A DNA stretch of 41,610 nt from Amoebophrya sp. A120 (lineage: Eukaryota > Protista > Dinoflagellata), in NCBI GenBank assembly GCA_905178155.1, contig CAJINV010000001.1, positions 5,075,992 through 5,117,601 of the forward strand, written 5' to 3'. Below are positions 22,745 through 34,070 of the stretch, piece by piece; within the stretch, counting starts at the first letter, position 1; each line of letters opens with the position of its first letter. The notes below the pieces were generated by a model. The model was given only the letters and a program-made list of their open reading frames with translations, was not told where the DNA came from and did not search any database. The position numbers and the translations under genes are program-made.

Positions 22745-24802
22745 CTACTTCTGCGTAGAACGAGTGTGAAAGGGCTGGTGCCGGATTCCGTACTTCTGCT
22801 TGACGTCTTCCACAAATGCGTTGATTTCCTCCGCACCCTGCCCCATCGTTTTGGTGTGCATCGACGCAATTGCGTCCAACGAAGCCGGGGCCAGTTCTTT
22901 TAATGTGAAGAGGCACAGGTCATCGATGTTGTGCTCGAGCGGAAGGTGAAAAAGTTTCGACGACGTCGCGTGAATCATTCGGACAATGCGAACCGCACTG
23001 TTCCCGGGGGGTCTTTCCTCTTCCCAGGGAAAGATTTTGATCGAGTAGGCCTCCGTGTCAATGTTTTCCGACAGGGTCGCGCACCGCTCCACCAGCTCCG
23101 CCGGAATGAGGAAATCGGGGTGTTTCAAAAAGTTCGTCTCCCACAAGCGCTTGATGTTGTCGTTCGCGAAAGGATTGGGGGCCATGCGCGTGAGGAGCCT
23201 GTTGTTCAGAAAAAAATTTTCCAGCAACGTTGTGAAATGCACCGGCCGAGTGGCATTTTGTGACTCTGCACTGCTGGTAGCAGTTGCAGTTCCATCGGGA
23301 CTAGCAGCTGGAGGAAGTTCGTCCTTCGACTCAGCCCATTGATCGGGTGGCGGCTTTTCCAGGTGCAGTTCGTCACGCCAGGCACGCACAAGCCGATTGT
23401 AGATGGGGTCTTTGCTCAGGTCCGCCAGCGGCGTTCCATAGATTGCTTCCGCCGTGCGGCGCAGCGAGCGGCAGTGGCAAAAGACATTTTCGCCCCCCCA
23501 CTTGTCAATGGCCATCGACTTTGGAAACGGCGTCACAAGCTTGTTTTCCCTTCGCGCAGCGCTGAGAAACTTCTCAGTATCGAAGTCGGGTGGCAACATC
23601 TTCTTGAACGCACACAACCCGAGAAACAGCGCCAAATCTAGTAGAATCAGTTTCTTGAGCTCTGTGGCCGACCTGGCCTGGGCGTAAAAACCACGGCGGT
23701 TAGGGTAAAACTTTCGCCCCTCGATCTTCATATCCGGGTGCTCGCCATTGTACGTGGAGCCAACACACCAGTACATTTCGTCACTGAGGCGCATGCGGTA
23801 GCAGTCGACGAGCCAATCGTAATCATCATACTTTTCCTTTCTCTGCACGAGATTCTCGGCGATGAGAGGTTTGTACTCATATTTTGGAAGACCGGCATCG
23901 GCGAAAGCAGCAGCTGCTGGTTCTTTGCGATCTACGTCCCTGGCGGGTGCTGTCGCTGGGCTCTTGGATTGATTGTCAGGCTCTAGTTCTTCGTCTCCTT
24001 TGTTTTTCGCGCCCCCGTCCTGAGCAGCAGGTGGTTGCTTCTTTTTGTTTTTCGCATCTAATATTTCATCCATTTGCCCGTGGTGTTCGTGCGGCAAAGT
24101 GAAAACTTTTTTCTGCTGTGGGATCGGCTGCAGCCACCAGGGCCGAGCGAAGTCCTCCTCCAAAGGGTGATCTAAGACATAGTCGAGGGGTGCACGCAAC
24201 CGCACGTCCTTCGGGAACGCGCGCGGACCGTCCTCCCCGTTGCTCGTCACGGAATTTATGGTGACGGAGTACGTGACGCGTATCCACTTGTCCTTGCCCC
24301 GTGCTTCCTGCAAATTTTCCGGCTTCACCGCGAGCATTTCCGCGCTTTCGTCGGGCGCCCCCCGTTCTTCTGTGGAGGAAGTGGTAGTAGTACTAGCGGT
24401 AGGACTTGCCACATCATCCTGATGATCCCCGAAAAATGGGTCTTTAGTTTGTTCGTCACCATTTTTGACGCCCGTCTTTATTGCGTTATCTGGAGTTTCC
24501 TCTTCAACCACCTCCGCCTCTGCGTCGGGCTCCGCGAGCAGCTTCACCCGAAAGCGCCCCTTCTCCTTCAGCTCGGTCACGACCTCCCCGAGCCGCCCAT
24601 TCAGCTCCGGCCGCGCTACCAGGTTCCGCAGCACAACGCGGGTTTTGGGGCGAAACACCGGCTTCTCCAGCTCTTTCTGTATTTGCACCATCATAGCAAT
24701 TTTGTCGGCCGTCGTCGGCCGACGGGAAAGCCCGTAAGACTGCATATCCTTCTCCTCGAACACAGCCAGCGGGTCGCGCATATTATCGAACGGCATTTTC
24801 AA
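22745..24802 (-). CDS. Hypothetical 685-aa intronless protein; central region resembles the uncharacterised domain that accompanies MYND fingers in fungi/algae
   Basis: Long ORF. The N-terminal motif RVVLRNLVARPELNGRLG...LAVKPENL is common in algal proteins. The central motif is LVDCYRMR...LP...KS.AIDKWGGENVF...LRRTAEAIYG. The resemblance is from memory, not from a search. Confidence 0.8.
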   Translation of the reverse strand: MKMPFDNMRDPLAVFEEKDMQSYGLSRRPTTADKIAMMVQIQKELEKPVFRPKTRVVLRNLVARPELNGRLGEVVTELKEKGRFRVKLLAEPDAEAEVVEEETPDNAIKTGVKNGDEQTKDPFFGDHQDDVASPTASTTTTSSTEERGAPDESAEMLAVKPENLQEARGKDKWIRVTYSVTINSVTSNGEDGPRAFPKDVRLRAPLDYVLDHPLEEDFARPWWLQPIPQQKKVFTLPHEHHGQMDEILDAKNKKKQPPAAQDGGAKNKGDEELEPDNQSKSPATAPARDVDRKEPAAAAFADAGLPKYEYKPLIAENLVQRKEKYDDYDWLVDCYRMRLSDEMYWCVGSTYNGEHPDMKIEGRKFYPNRRGFYAQARSATELKKLILLDLALFLGLCAFKKMLPPDFDTEKFLSAARRENKLVTPFPKSMAIDKWGGENVFCHCRSLRRTAEAIYGTPLADLSKDPIYNRLVRAWRDELHLEKPPPDQWAESKDELPPAASPDGTATATSSAESQNATRPVHFTTLLENFFLNNRLLTRMAPNPFANDNIKRLWETNFLKHPDFLIPAELVERCATLSENIDTEAYSIKIFPWEEERPPGNSAVRIVRMIHATSSKLFHLPLEHNIDDLCLFTLKELAPASLDAIASMHTKTMGQGAEEINAFVEDVKQKYGIRHQPFHTRSTQK

Positions 24803-25636
24803 TGTGAAACAACCACAAGAAGGAAGTAGGAAAAAGCGTGAAGATGAGTCCGACGAACGTACTAGCCGTGTTCGTGTTTATAATTGTGGTACGGGCTCTA
24901 GCAGCTGTTTGCACTTGCAGCTTCTATACTGTCGTCGTGGCAATACTTTCTCGCGTCGATTTGGTACTGGTTTGCGTTTGTTTTTGGGGAAATGACATGA
25001 CGATTACGATTAGAATATGTTTACCTTGTAGTTGCAGCAAGAAACTACAGTTCTTCGGACTTAGTTGGCTGCTGCTGCCATATTCGCTTACGATTCCACA
25101 CCAGCAGAGTTAGAGCGCTCGCGACTCGCAGAACTACCACGCGTGAAGATCTGCGACGTCCAGCCAGAACAAGATCAAGACCAAGTTCAGCACACTGCAT
25201 ACCGCAAGAGCAAGTGCAAGATCTCACGACGGCGCAAATACAAAAATAGTACTTGCATACGCCAGTAGATCATATCGCATGGGAGTTGAAAGCAAACCGA
25301 GCTGACTTTTCGACCGATTTGCATCGTGCCGTCATAACTTCCAGCTCTGTCATTTGCTGTGCTCCTCAATGATATTGATCCTCGCTTGGATCATGTAGTC
25401 ACGAGTCAAGAACACACCTCCAAATCTCAAACTTGAAACAGAGCGCACTTCTATGTGAGAAGACTCTCGCCCTGGTGAGGACAATGGCGTCTGTAAATGA
25501 ATCGCTCGTCTCAATGAATGATTTGTTGGCCTTCATCTTTTTGCTTTTATGTGTTTGTACACTGCGAATGCATATGCAGTAGCCGCAAGAACGAAGTGCT
25601 GCAAAAAGTAAAGGTTGAACAATTGCGACTCTACTT

Positions 25637-28600
25637 CTACAGCAGTAGCAACGCGTCGTTGTCCGGCTCGGCCACGCATTCCTGAATCGCGTAGCCCAAC
25701 ATCTCTTGCGCAAAGGGATCGTCAGGCTGTAGAGCCAGCGCCCGGTGGTAAGATTCCACCGCCGCGTGCAGTTCGCGGTTGATGTGCCGGACGAACCCGA
25801 CGCCACAGTGCGCCGACGCGGAGCCCTGGTTCGAGGCCGCCAAGGCTTGGTGGAAGAAATCCAACGCTTTTTCGTATTCCTGGCACTTCAGGTACGCGTG
25901 CGCCAGGTTTTCCAAAAATGCGTCGAGACTGCCGTCCTGCGCGACGCCGCCAAGCTCCTGCACACGCTCCAGAAAAGCAACGGCGTGGCTGTGATACAGT
26001 ACGACGTCAATGGCTTTGAGACTGTAGTTCAAAAAGTCAATCTGAATCTTTCGAGTTCTTGCGACGCGCCTTGCATAGATACTAGTGCATGGGTTCGCTT
26101 TATTTGCTCATTCTACTATATGACTAGACGAAAAAAACACTTCTGTTTCCTATGTACGTGTATTCGTGCCGCTCGAAGGCACAGACAGCCATCTCGTTCA
26201 GCAGATTTGGATCTTTCGGCGCTATGGTGAGGCCCATGTGCAGCGCCTGCTGCGCTAGAATGAAGTTGGAGGACCGGAGGTATTCCATCCCCAAGTACAA
26301 CCAAGGAACGTGCGATCCGGGAAAAAGTCTCGAGGCCGTGCGGTACGCCGCAAGCGCCTGGTCGCTTTCTTCCTGCAGGGAAAAGGAATGGCCGTACCTA
26401 GTTTGATTCAAACAATAAATCACGACTGGATCCCACGACCCACTACGTTGCGTCATCGTCGCTACGAGCGAATGACGCGCTAGTACGCGGCTCATCGTTT
26501 CAGGTTATCCTCTGCAAGAAATAACTACTTCTGAAACGTGGCTAGTTCTAGTTGTATTGAAAAAAGTTGCAAATATTTGATTTTGCTATACGCGATCCAC
26601 GCCGGCGTAAAATTGTGGTCCAGCAGTGTGGCTTTGCCAAAGAATTTCCGGGCTGCGTCGTAGCGTTTCGAGAGGTAGTAGTAGCAGCCGGCGGCGAACC
26701 AGGCGACCGCGTATTGCGGGTAGGCATTGATTAACTGGTGCGCGATGTAGAAAACCAACGTCTTGTTCTCCGTCATCAGCAGGGAGGCGATGTGACAGGG
26801 AAGCACTTCCAGCTCGTACGGGTCCCGTTCGAGAATAGACTTCGAAACCACGTAACTCGAGGTGTAGTCGCCCTAGATGCGGAAATGGGAAAGGAAGTAG
26901 ATGAGACACTGCAGTGGCAGTGCGAGTTAAACAAAATTTTTGCACTATGTCACTCACAGATCGAAAGCACCAAGAAGGCCACCTAGAAGGTTTTTTCGCT
27001 ATGCTAATGCTTATGTAGAGCAGATAGAGATACAGCATTACGATTAAATACTTACTATACTTTGCATAATATCGACTTACCTGCTGGAAGTACTTTTCTG
27101 CGACGGTTCCGAGCACGTATGCGTTCGTGTGCAGTCGCTCTGGTAAACCAACGAGTGGCTCCTCCTTCTTGCAGTCCTCCAGCGGTTGCAGCGACAAGCG
27201 CTGCCGCTTTTGCCGCGGACCGCGTCTTCGGCGCTGTGCGATACCGGGTTTGCGCTTCAGAATGTGCTCGGCCGTGAAAGTGCTCTGCTTGCTGAACGTG
27301 GACAGCGAAGAATTGTTGCCCTCGCAATCGGAATTGCTTGTCCCACCGTGTTGTTGTTCATGCAGTGGCACACAGTAGGACACGCTCGACGAGCTGCTTT
27401 TCGCACGGTAAATGACCCGCATCCACTCATCTTCCGGTTCTAGCTGCAGTTTGTTTAAAAACCGCTCCTCTTCCGTGCTGGAAAGCAGCCCGGTGCCCAG
27501 CAACCGTGAGCTCGCTTCGTAAAGAAACGGATCATACTGGACCGCGAGCTTGTAGCAGTTCACCGCGCTTTCCCGGTTCTCAAAGTGCTCGAAGACGCGC
27601 CCCTTCAGGTACGCAAAAACCGCCCGGTTGTCGCCACGCTCGAATTGTTCGATGCCGATGCCGGAAGGCAGGCAATGTTCGTCGAGATAGCGAAGGGCTT
27701 CCTCGAACTCGCCGGCCTCCAGGTAGCTCTGAACGACGAGGAGCCTGGTAGTTTGTGAGTGCGAATTCATTTTTATGAGGATCATCATTTCAACTACTTG
27801 CCGCTGAATCTACTCAACACGCTGCTGGAGGTGGTGGTGGACGCCACAAGCCTACTTAAAATTGTGCATTTGTAATCGTCAGCAGCAACTGCATTTTACC
27901 GAAGCCGGTCTTGTGACTTCGCGGCGTCCGGATGGCGGTGCGTCAGCAAAAAGATCACCCTGGCAAACTCCTTGTTCTGGAAAAGGCACTCTGCAAGCGT
28001 GAACAAATCCTGTTGTGAAAATGAGTTTTTTCTTCACATGCGGAGTATCTTACAGCGAAATTAGAGCAGTCACATGTTGACTCAGCTCTACTGACAGCAC
28101 AAAAACCACAGCAACATCATCAATCAGTACGTCTTTTTCCTGCGACAGCGAGAAGACTTTGTCCGCTAGAAAAATCGCGGTTGGGAACAAATGCGCACGG
28201 AAAGCCGCTTGAACCCGTCTTCGTACGCGGCGAAGGGAACTTTGTGAAATGCCGCTCGAGGCAGAAGAAGAGGAACCGCCGCCACCGCTGGTTCCAGGTA
28301 TCGCGTTGGCATCTTCAACATGGGCGGGAGCTAGAATCAAATCTCCGGATCCTGCATTTGCTGCATGCAGAAATGGATTCTCTCTGTTTTGGTTTATCAT
28401 TTCATTTTTTCGACCAGATCTTCCCCCACTGTCGTTTCCACCCTTGTTCGCGGCTCTTACTGCTCCGGCAGATGAGAACAAAGGCATCTCCTGCGCTGCT
28501 CCGCCGCTCCCATTTGTCGCGTGCACGTTGCTAGTGCCTCTCCCGGAGGACATGAGCATATTTCTGTTCCCGGCGAGCGTCTCGCCAGGCACCCTGCTCT

Positions 28601-29834
28601 TCCGGAGGCCGCGCAATTCGCCCCCGGTCATGGATGCGGGCGTCCGGACCGACATAGGCAGCCCGAAGCTGCAGCTGTCGTCCTCGTCTGAACCTTCGTG
28701 GTGGAGCTGATCCGGCAACAGTTCGTGCACCCCGAACAGCTTTCCGGCAGAAGCTGTGGGCGTCAACGGCAACGGCCCCGCGCTGGAGTTGGGGCCACCA
28801 CCTCCGCTGCTCGCGACGCTGAATCCCGTACCACTGCCGGTCAGGGGGGGAGCGGACGGAGCGGTATACACGCCCATCATAGGCGGGGGCACAGCAGGAG
28901 GTGCCTCGTCTCCAGCAGGAGGGTTGACATTGTTTGTGCCTCCGGCTTCTGCATTTGTACCTCCTTGTTCTGCAGGCTGTGGCTGGTTTAGGTTTTGGTT
29001 CACCGATACAAGATTCATCCCTGGGGCAGCTGCCGTTTCGCCCGCAGCTGCAGCTCCACTGCCTTGACTGTGCGAAATAATCGCAGCGGCGCCAGCAGTT
29101 GCTCCTGGCATAGCATTCGGTATGGCCCCTCCCGTAGTACCGCCGCCCGTGGCGGAGAATAATCCCAGTGGCTGTGGTAGTTGGCTCGACGGTCCTCCGA
29201 ACAAAAAAGGATTCCAGCTGCCTGCAGCTCGCGAACGAACGTTGCCACCTGGCTGCTCCGGCGGTGTGGCCTGCGGATTGCGCTGGATGGGTGTGGCTTT
29301 CGGGACGAAAAACCCGGAATCCAATGTCGTCCTTCGCGGAGCCTGCGCGGGCGTCTCGTGAATTGTCCTGTTAAACCCACCTCCGCTTCCCGTTCCCGCG
29401 GCTGCCCCGCCGGCGGCACCCTCAACTGGAGAAGCGATGGTCTGCACAGTCCCTCCCGGGCCCGGAGCCACGGCAGCGGCTGGGCCGCCCACAGACGCAA
29501 TGCCGCCTTTGGCACTGCCACTAGATAAAAAGCCGCCCGCTAGCGGTCCCGCCCCTCCCTTTGACGAAGATGCGAATGGGGTTGGGCCGCTCAAGAGCGC
29601 AGAGCCGAGCTTCCCCCCTACGGGTGTGTTCCGTACGCTACTGCTTTGCTGAAACGCCCCACCGCGGCTGACCGAGGACGGTGCACCAATGCTGTACTGC
29701 GCATACCGTGCGGGTGCGGAGGGAACCTGGGGACCGCCCGCGGCGGGAGTGCCGCTCAGAGGAGTCTCCATGGCGCGGTGGCTACCGGGCGGGGCCGCAC
29801 TGCCGCGCCGGTTGTTGTGCAACGAGTCGCGCAT
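25637..29834 (-). CDS. CDC16: Anaphase-promoting complex subunit 6 (Cdc16/Cut9), TPR protein with a long disordered N-terminal extension
   Basis: Motifs TAIFLADKV, AVAWFAAGCYYY, ARKFFGKATLLD, AWIAYGHSFSLQEESDQALAAYRTASRLFPGSHVPWLYLGMEY, AVESYHRALAL. GT-AG introns at 28010-28130, 27745-27899, 26873-27080, 26398-26591 and about 26070-26157. Confidence 0.93.
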
Positions 29835-31422
29835 GCTCAAACTTGAAAAATAGGTGGCGGATTGCTGGCTCACGCTCACCACATCGTCGTGGTCGCTAAA
29901 TTTCTTCTACAGCGAAAGTCGCCTAGTAGTGAAAAACGAGAGTCATACAATTACAATGATAGATACATTTTCATCCTCGTACGACTCTCGGTTATCTTGC
30001 AGTCAGTTGGATGTGATAGTGATTGTGAAGAGCAGTTGTAGTTGTAGTTGATTTGGGTGTTACTAGAGCACGAGAAATCAAAAGTGGAGCAACAAGAACG
30101 GAAAGGCTATCTTCGAGCAACAAAAAGCACAACAAAAACAAGAACTCAATGACCAGCTAATTGGAGTCAGATACTTCTGCTTCGTCTGCTCCAAGAAAAA
30201 AAGAGGGCCTCTAGGCCAGATCGCAACTTGCTGATGTTGACCTTGAGACTCGTCTCGGGCTACATTCATAAGTACTTAAAGTAGCAAAACCGGAGAGAAC
30301 TACGAAACGCGAGATCCTGTGGCCAACTTCTTTTTAGTAAGTGTAAGACCAAGTCCACATAAAGCATGGCTCTATGCGAAACGAAGAAGATTGCTCGATG
30401 AAGGGTACTAGACGAAGCAACTGAAATTTCCCGAAGTTTAATCTCCAGCTTTGTTCCTGAAGTGCGGGAACAGTCTACAACAGCCCAAAACGTCCATGAG
30501 AGGACTGCAATCGAGTTCTTCGTACATGGTGATGGTCCGGTCGTGGATGCGCTTCAAAAATCACAATCTTCAAAGAAATTTCCATTTTGCAGTGGTCGCA
30601 GCAGGAGTGCGCCTACTTCTACGAGCAGGAAGCCGCACTCGGTCAGGTACTAGTACACCGTATTGGTATTTTATTTTGTTTCTATATCTATCGTACAAGC
30701 AAGACCAGCTCCTCGGGTGCTTCATTTGCGAAAAATCGTCTGCACGCGGAATCCTTGTCCAGTTCGTTGTAGTTCGGCCACTAGCTACTTCTGGCCGGAC
30801 CCAGAGCGCACTACTTTTTCGCGCAAGCTGCGGTACTCCTGGCGTCGTCCAGCGGTCCGTCCCTTCCACTTGTCAATGCGGAACAAGTGCGCCACCTTCT
30901 ATACGGACCGCGTCCCTTCAGCGCCAACCACCATCCTCGTGCTCGTCGTCCTCGTCCGCGTGGTCTTACTTCCGGATTATACCACAATCCTGCTCACCAA
31001 GTTCATCTGTCGCGTCGGTTCACTCGCTGCAAACAAGCCCGAAACTCGGATGAAATAACGCCGTTCTTCACGACGTGTGAACCTTTCCGTGATCAGCTGC
31101 GCGTCGTGCCTGCTGCGTCCGGTTGGGGAAGATGGAAAACACACAGTCCTCTGCACCAAAAGATCAAGGAACAAACGCAGTGAAGCTCATGGTAGCAGAG
31201 GGAATGGCGGTGCGGAACCGCTTGCGCAGGCGGACTAACACGAACGTAGGGCGCTGTAGTTCTGACGGGACTTACTGCTGCTGCTTTTGCTTTGGTATGC
31301 CCTGGTACCTGAAGACATTGCGTGTCATGATCGTGGAGTTTCTCGTGGTAAATCACACACAAACACTATGAATGTATCACAAGTGAAAATCTTGCAGGAT
31401 GTTCATGGTGAAACAAGGTGGT

Positions 31423-31992
31423 CTAATTGCAATAACATATATTGAAATTCAAGTACAATCCGAGCAGGTTGAAGAACAAGTTTTCCGGCTTCTTCTTCGA
31501 CGTTGCTCCAAGTCCGAGTTCAATGTTTCTTCGCACACTTTCTGGATCTGGGTGCTTGTTGTTTCCCCTGCTGTTCTTGTTTAGCATGCCGTTCGTGCCG
31601 GTACTACTACTGCCTGGCATGCCAGCTGCACCGCCCCCGCAAAGGAATTGTAGATGCTCCGTACCACCTCCAGCGGAAGTCGGTGTTGAAGCGGAGAGGA
31701 GACTGCTGTTCGGGTCATTGTGTGTGATCAGGCCCGGCGACATGGCGACGCAACCATGATTGCTGACGATATCGGACGGGTCGGGCTCGCAAGCAGGTTC
31801 TCGGACCTCCTTGTTCTCTTTCTCCTCCTCGTCTTTCTTAGTCTTTTGCAGCACCACACTGTCGGCATACACCTTGTAAGCGTAGCCCGCAAAGAGCAAC
31901 GCCGCGCCCAGCTTTACGCACGCAAACAAAAATGTCATTTTCGAGCTGCTTGCCGAACTTGTACTTGTTGCACCGTCACTGCTCGTTGGCAT
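31423..31992 (-). CDS. Hypothetical protein with a single N-terminal transmembrane/anchor segment
   Basis: 189-aa ORF. Hydrophobic FLFACVKLGAALLFAGYAY is followed by a charged segment. The 3' end may be spliced. Confidence 0.55.
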   Translation of the reverse strand: MPTSSDGATSTSSASSSKMTFLFACVKLGAALLFAGYAYKVYADSVVLQKTKKDEEEKENKEVREPACEPDPSDIVSNHGCVAMSPGLITHNDPNSSLLSASTPTSAGGGTEHLQFLCGGGAAGMPGSSSTGTNGMLNKNSRGNNKHPDPESVRRNIELGLGATSKKKPENLFFNLLGLYLNFNICYCN

Positions 31993-33378
31993 GGTCGGAC
32001 TAGTATCTCAGTTTCTCTGATACGGAAATTATAAGTTGTGACAGCGGGAAAAACAATCTGCTGGTTGACAACGAACGCGAGCGCACGATGGACCCGGCAA
32101 TCATATGCGGAAGAGAAAGCGAGAACACAAAAAATCTACGTCGGCTTGGCTTTGGGCGGGTTACGAGCGAATCATACAACTTCAACTCATCTTCACCCAC
32201 GGCAACCATACAAAGGATAGAAAAAAAGATAGATTCCTTGGAGCACTTCTGAGTTTTCGACTTTGGCCTTCTAGCCTGTCGCGCCAGGTCTTGATAGTAC
32301 GGCTTTTATTTTTTTAACCTCAACCCCGAATACAAATATGATGAGATTCATTTCAGAAGATGAGAACATGAGGTTACTTTTAGTAGATTCGACTTACCGA
32401 TGACCCTTTTCACTTCTCCCAACACCAACCCTGCTGAAAGTCTAGAGGCCCAAAGAGAACGAATAGATACGAAAATCCAGTAGCAGTGCCCTAAATGCTG
32501 TTTTCCGCCCGGCGTAATTCAACATTACCAATACCAACTACCGAACTATCACAGCATTTTTCAACACATGCAGACGACTCACTCGAAGGCACATGCCCCC
32601 AAAAACACAAACAGAAGCATTTTTCTCCGCGAAGCGAACCCATGCAAGAACACACGACTATCGATCCGAAAAAACGATTCATCTTGATGAGTTCGATTAC
32701 TTTCAGTTCTATTCTTCGCGCATCTATGTATGATACATATACAAGGCATCATAATGAAGTAGATGTGTACAGATTACATGCATTCTGCTGTTCGGCATCA
32801 GATGGCTCGGCTTTCCGCTGCCGCAAGAAAAGCGGACAACTGCAAATAGAAACACTTGCAATCAATCGGAAAACAAAAGGAAGGTGGTCACGGAAACTTG
32901 TTGAAATCAAATCCTCAGAATGGGTGAATGCCGAAGACCCGAATCAAAAAACCATATCGATACCGTTGGTTCTGTTTTTTGTAGCACAGATTTATATAGG
33001 AAAAGAAAGTCTCGAGCTCCATAGGTAGCCAGTGCTGTTGACATCGTCCATTGAACCGTCGTGTCGAGACGAATCGCTGAAAAAGGCACATTGTATCTGT
33101 GGCCTCTACTTTTCATAAAATCATCATGAAACGTGACGGATGCAAAAAAAAGTGAGCTGCAAAAATTTAAATTTTTAAATTTTTGTTGAACCGTATTTAC
33201 GGAACAGTCTATCTTTCCGAGACACATTAATTATTCACATCAAAGTAGAACTAGAAGCGCACTCCCACTCGAAACTATTTTGATTTTCTCTAGTACAACT
33301 TGTAGTTTTATGCATCGACTACGACTACCTATATAGCCATCAGCATAGATTGTTGTGCCACTCGACCGCGGTGTGCTG

Positions 33379-33591
33379 TCACTTGTGCTTTTTATGTTGT
33401 CCAGAATTTGGCAGGGTTGTGCCAGACGCCGCGGTTTTTGCCATTTTCTGCTGCTTCCGTTTATACCGTTCCTCGATGGCCTTTCTCTTGCTCAACTCGG
33501 CCTTCTGACGTGCGCGAGCCGACGCGTTCCATTGCCAAGCCATGAATCTGTGGATATTAGGTCGAGTAGTGGTTTGCTTCGGCTTCAACAT
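33379..33591 (-). CDS. Small basic hypothetical protein, 70 aa
   Basis: ATG-initiated K/R-rich ORF with a plausible helical segment, preceded by a pyrimidine tract and AG. Confidence 0.4.
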   Translation of the reverse strand: MLKPKQTTTRPNIHRFMAWQWNASARARQKAELSKRKAIEERYKRKQQKMAKTAASGTTLPNSGQHKKHK

Positions 33592-34070
33592 TGACGAGTT
33601 GCCTCAGAAACAAAAATGCACACTTACACGAGATACATCTTCACTGAGCGAAGATCTTAAAAGAACGTAAAGTACTTTCTTACCCAAACAATCCGAGAAA
33701 CAGGCTGGTGGCGACCAGTTGCACGACCTGTTGCACCCAGCAGGAGAAACCCTCTTCGCTGGTACCGAAAATGCTGTTTTTGGTTTTATACGCACCCCAA
33801 TCCGGACGGGAAGAATACGCACGTGAATCCTCCCGTATCTGCAAGAACGACCTCACACAAGATGCTACATGCGGAGCTTTTCACTCTGACAGGAATTCCA
33901 GCAACATCAAAGTGGACGAGCCACAAAAGATTGCTTCTAATCGGCAAGAACGTAGCGCGAAAGATGTTGATAGTGATGCGCTTATGGCCATCAGCAGCCG
34001 AAGAAGGAGGCAAGTCTAAGTGCTTAAAAGTCCTCTCGCATGTAGTTGCACTTGCACGTACAAGTCGTCC

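Noticed and set aside
30400-31380. Coding-like patches on both strands
   Set aside because: No consistent frame, splice model or recognisable motif could be built. Left unannotated.
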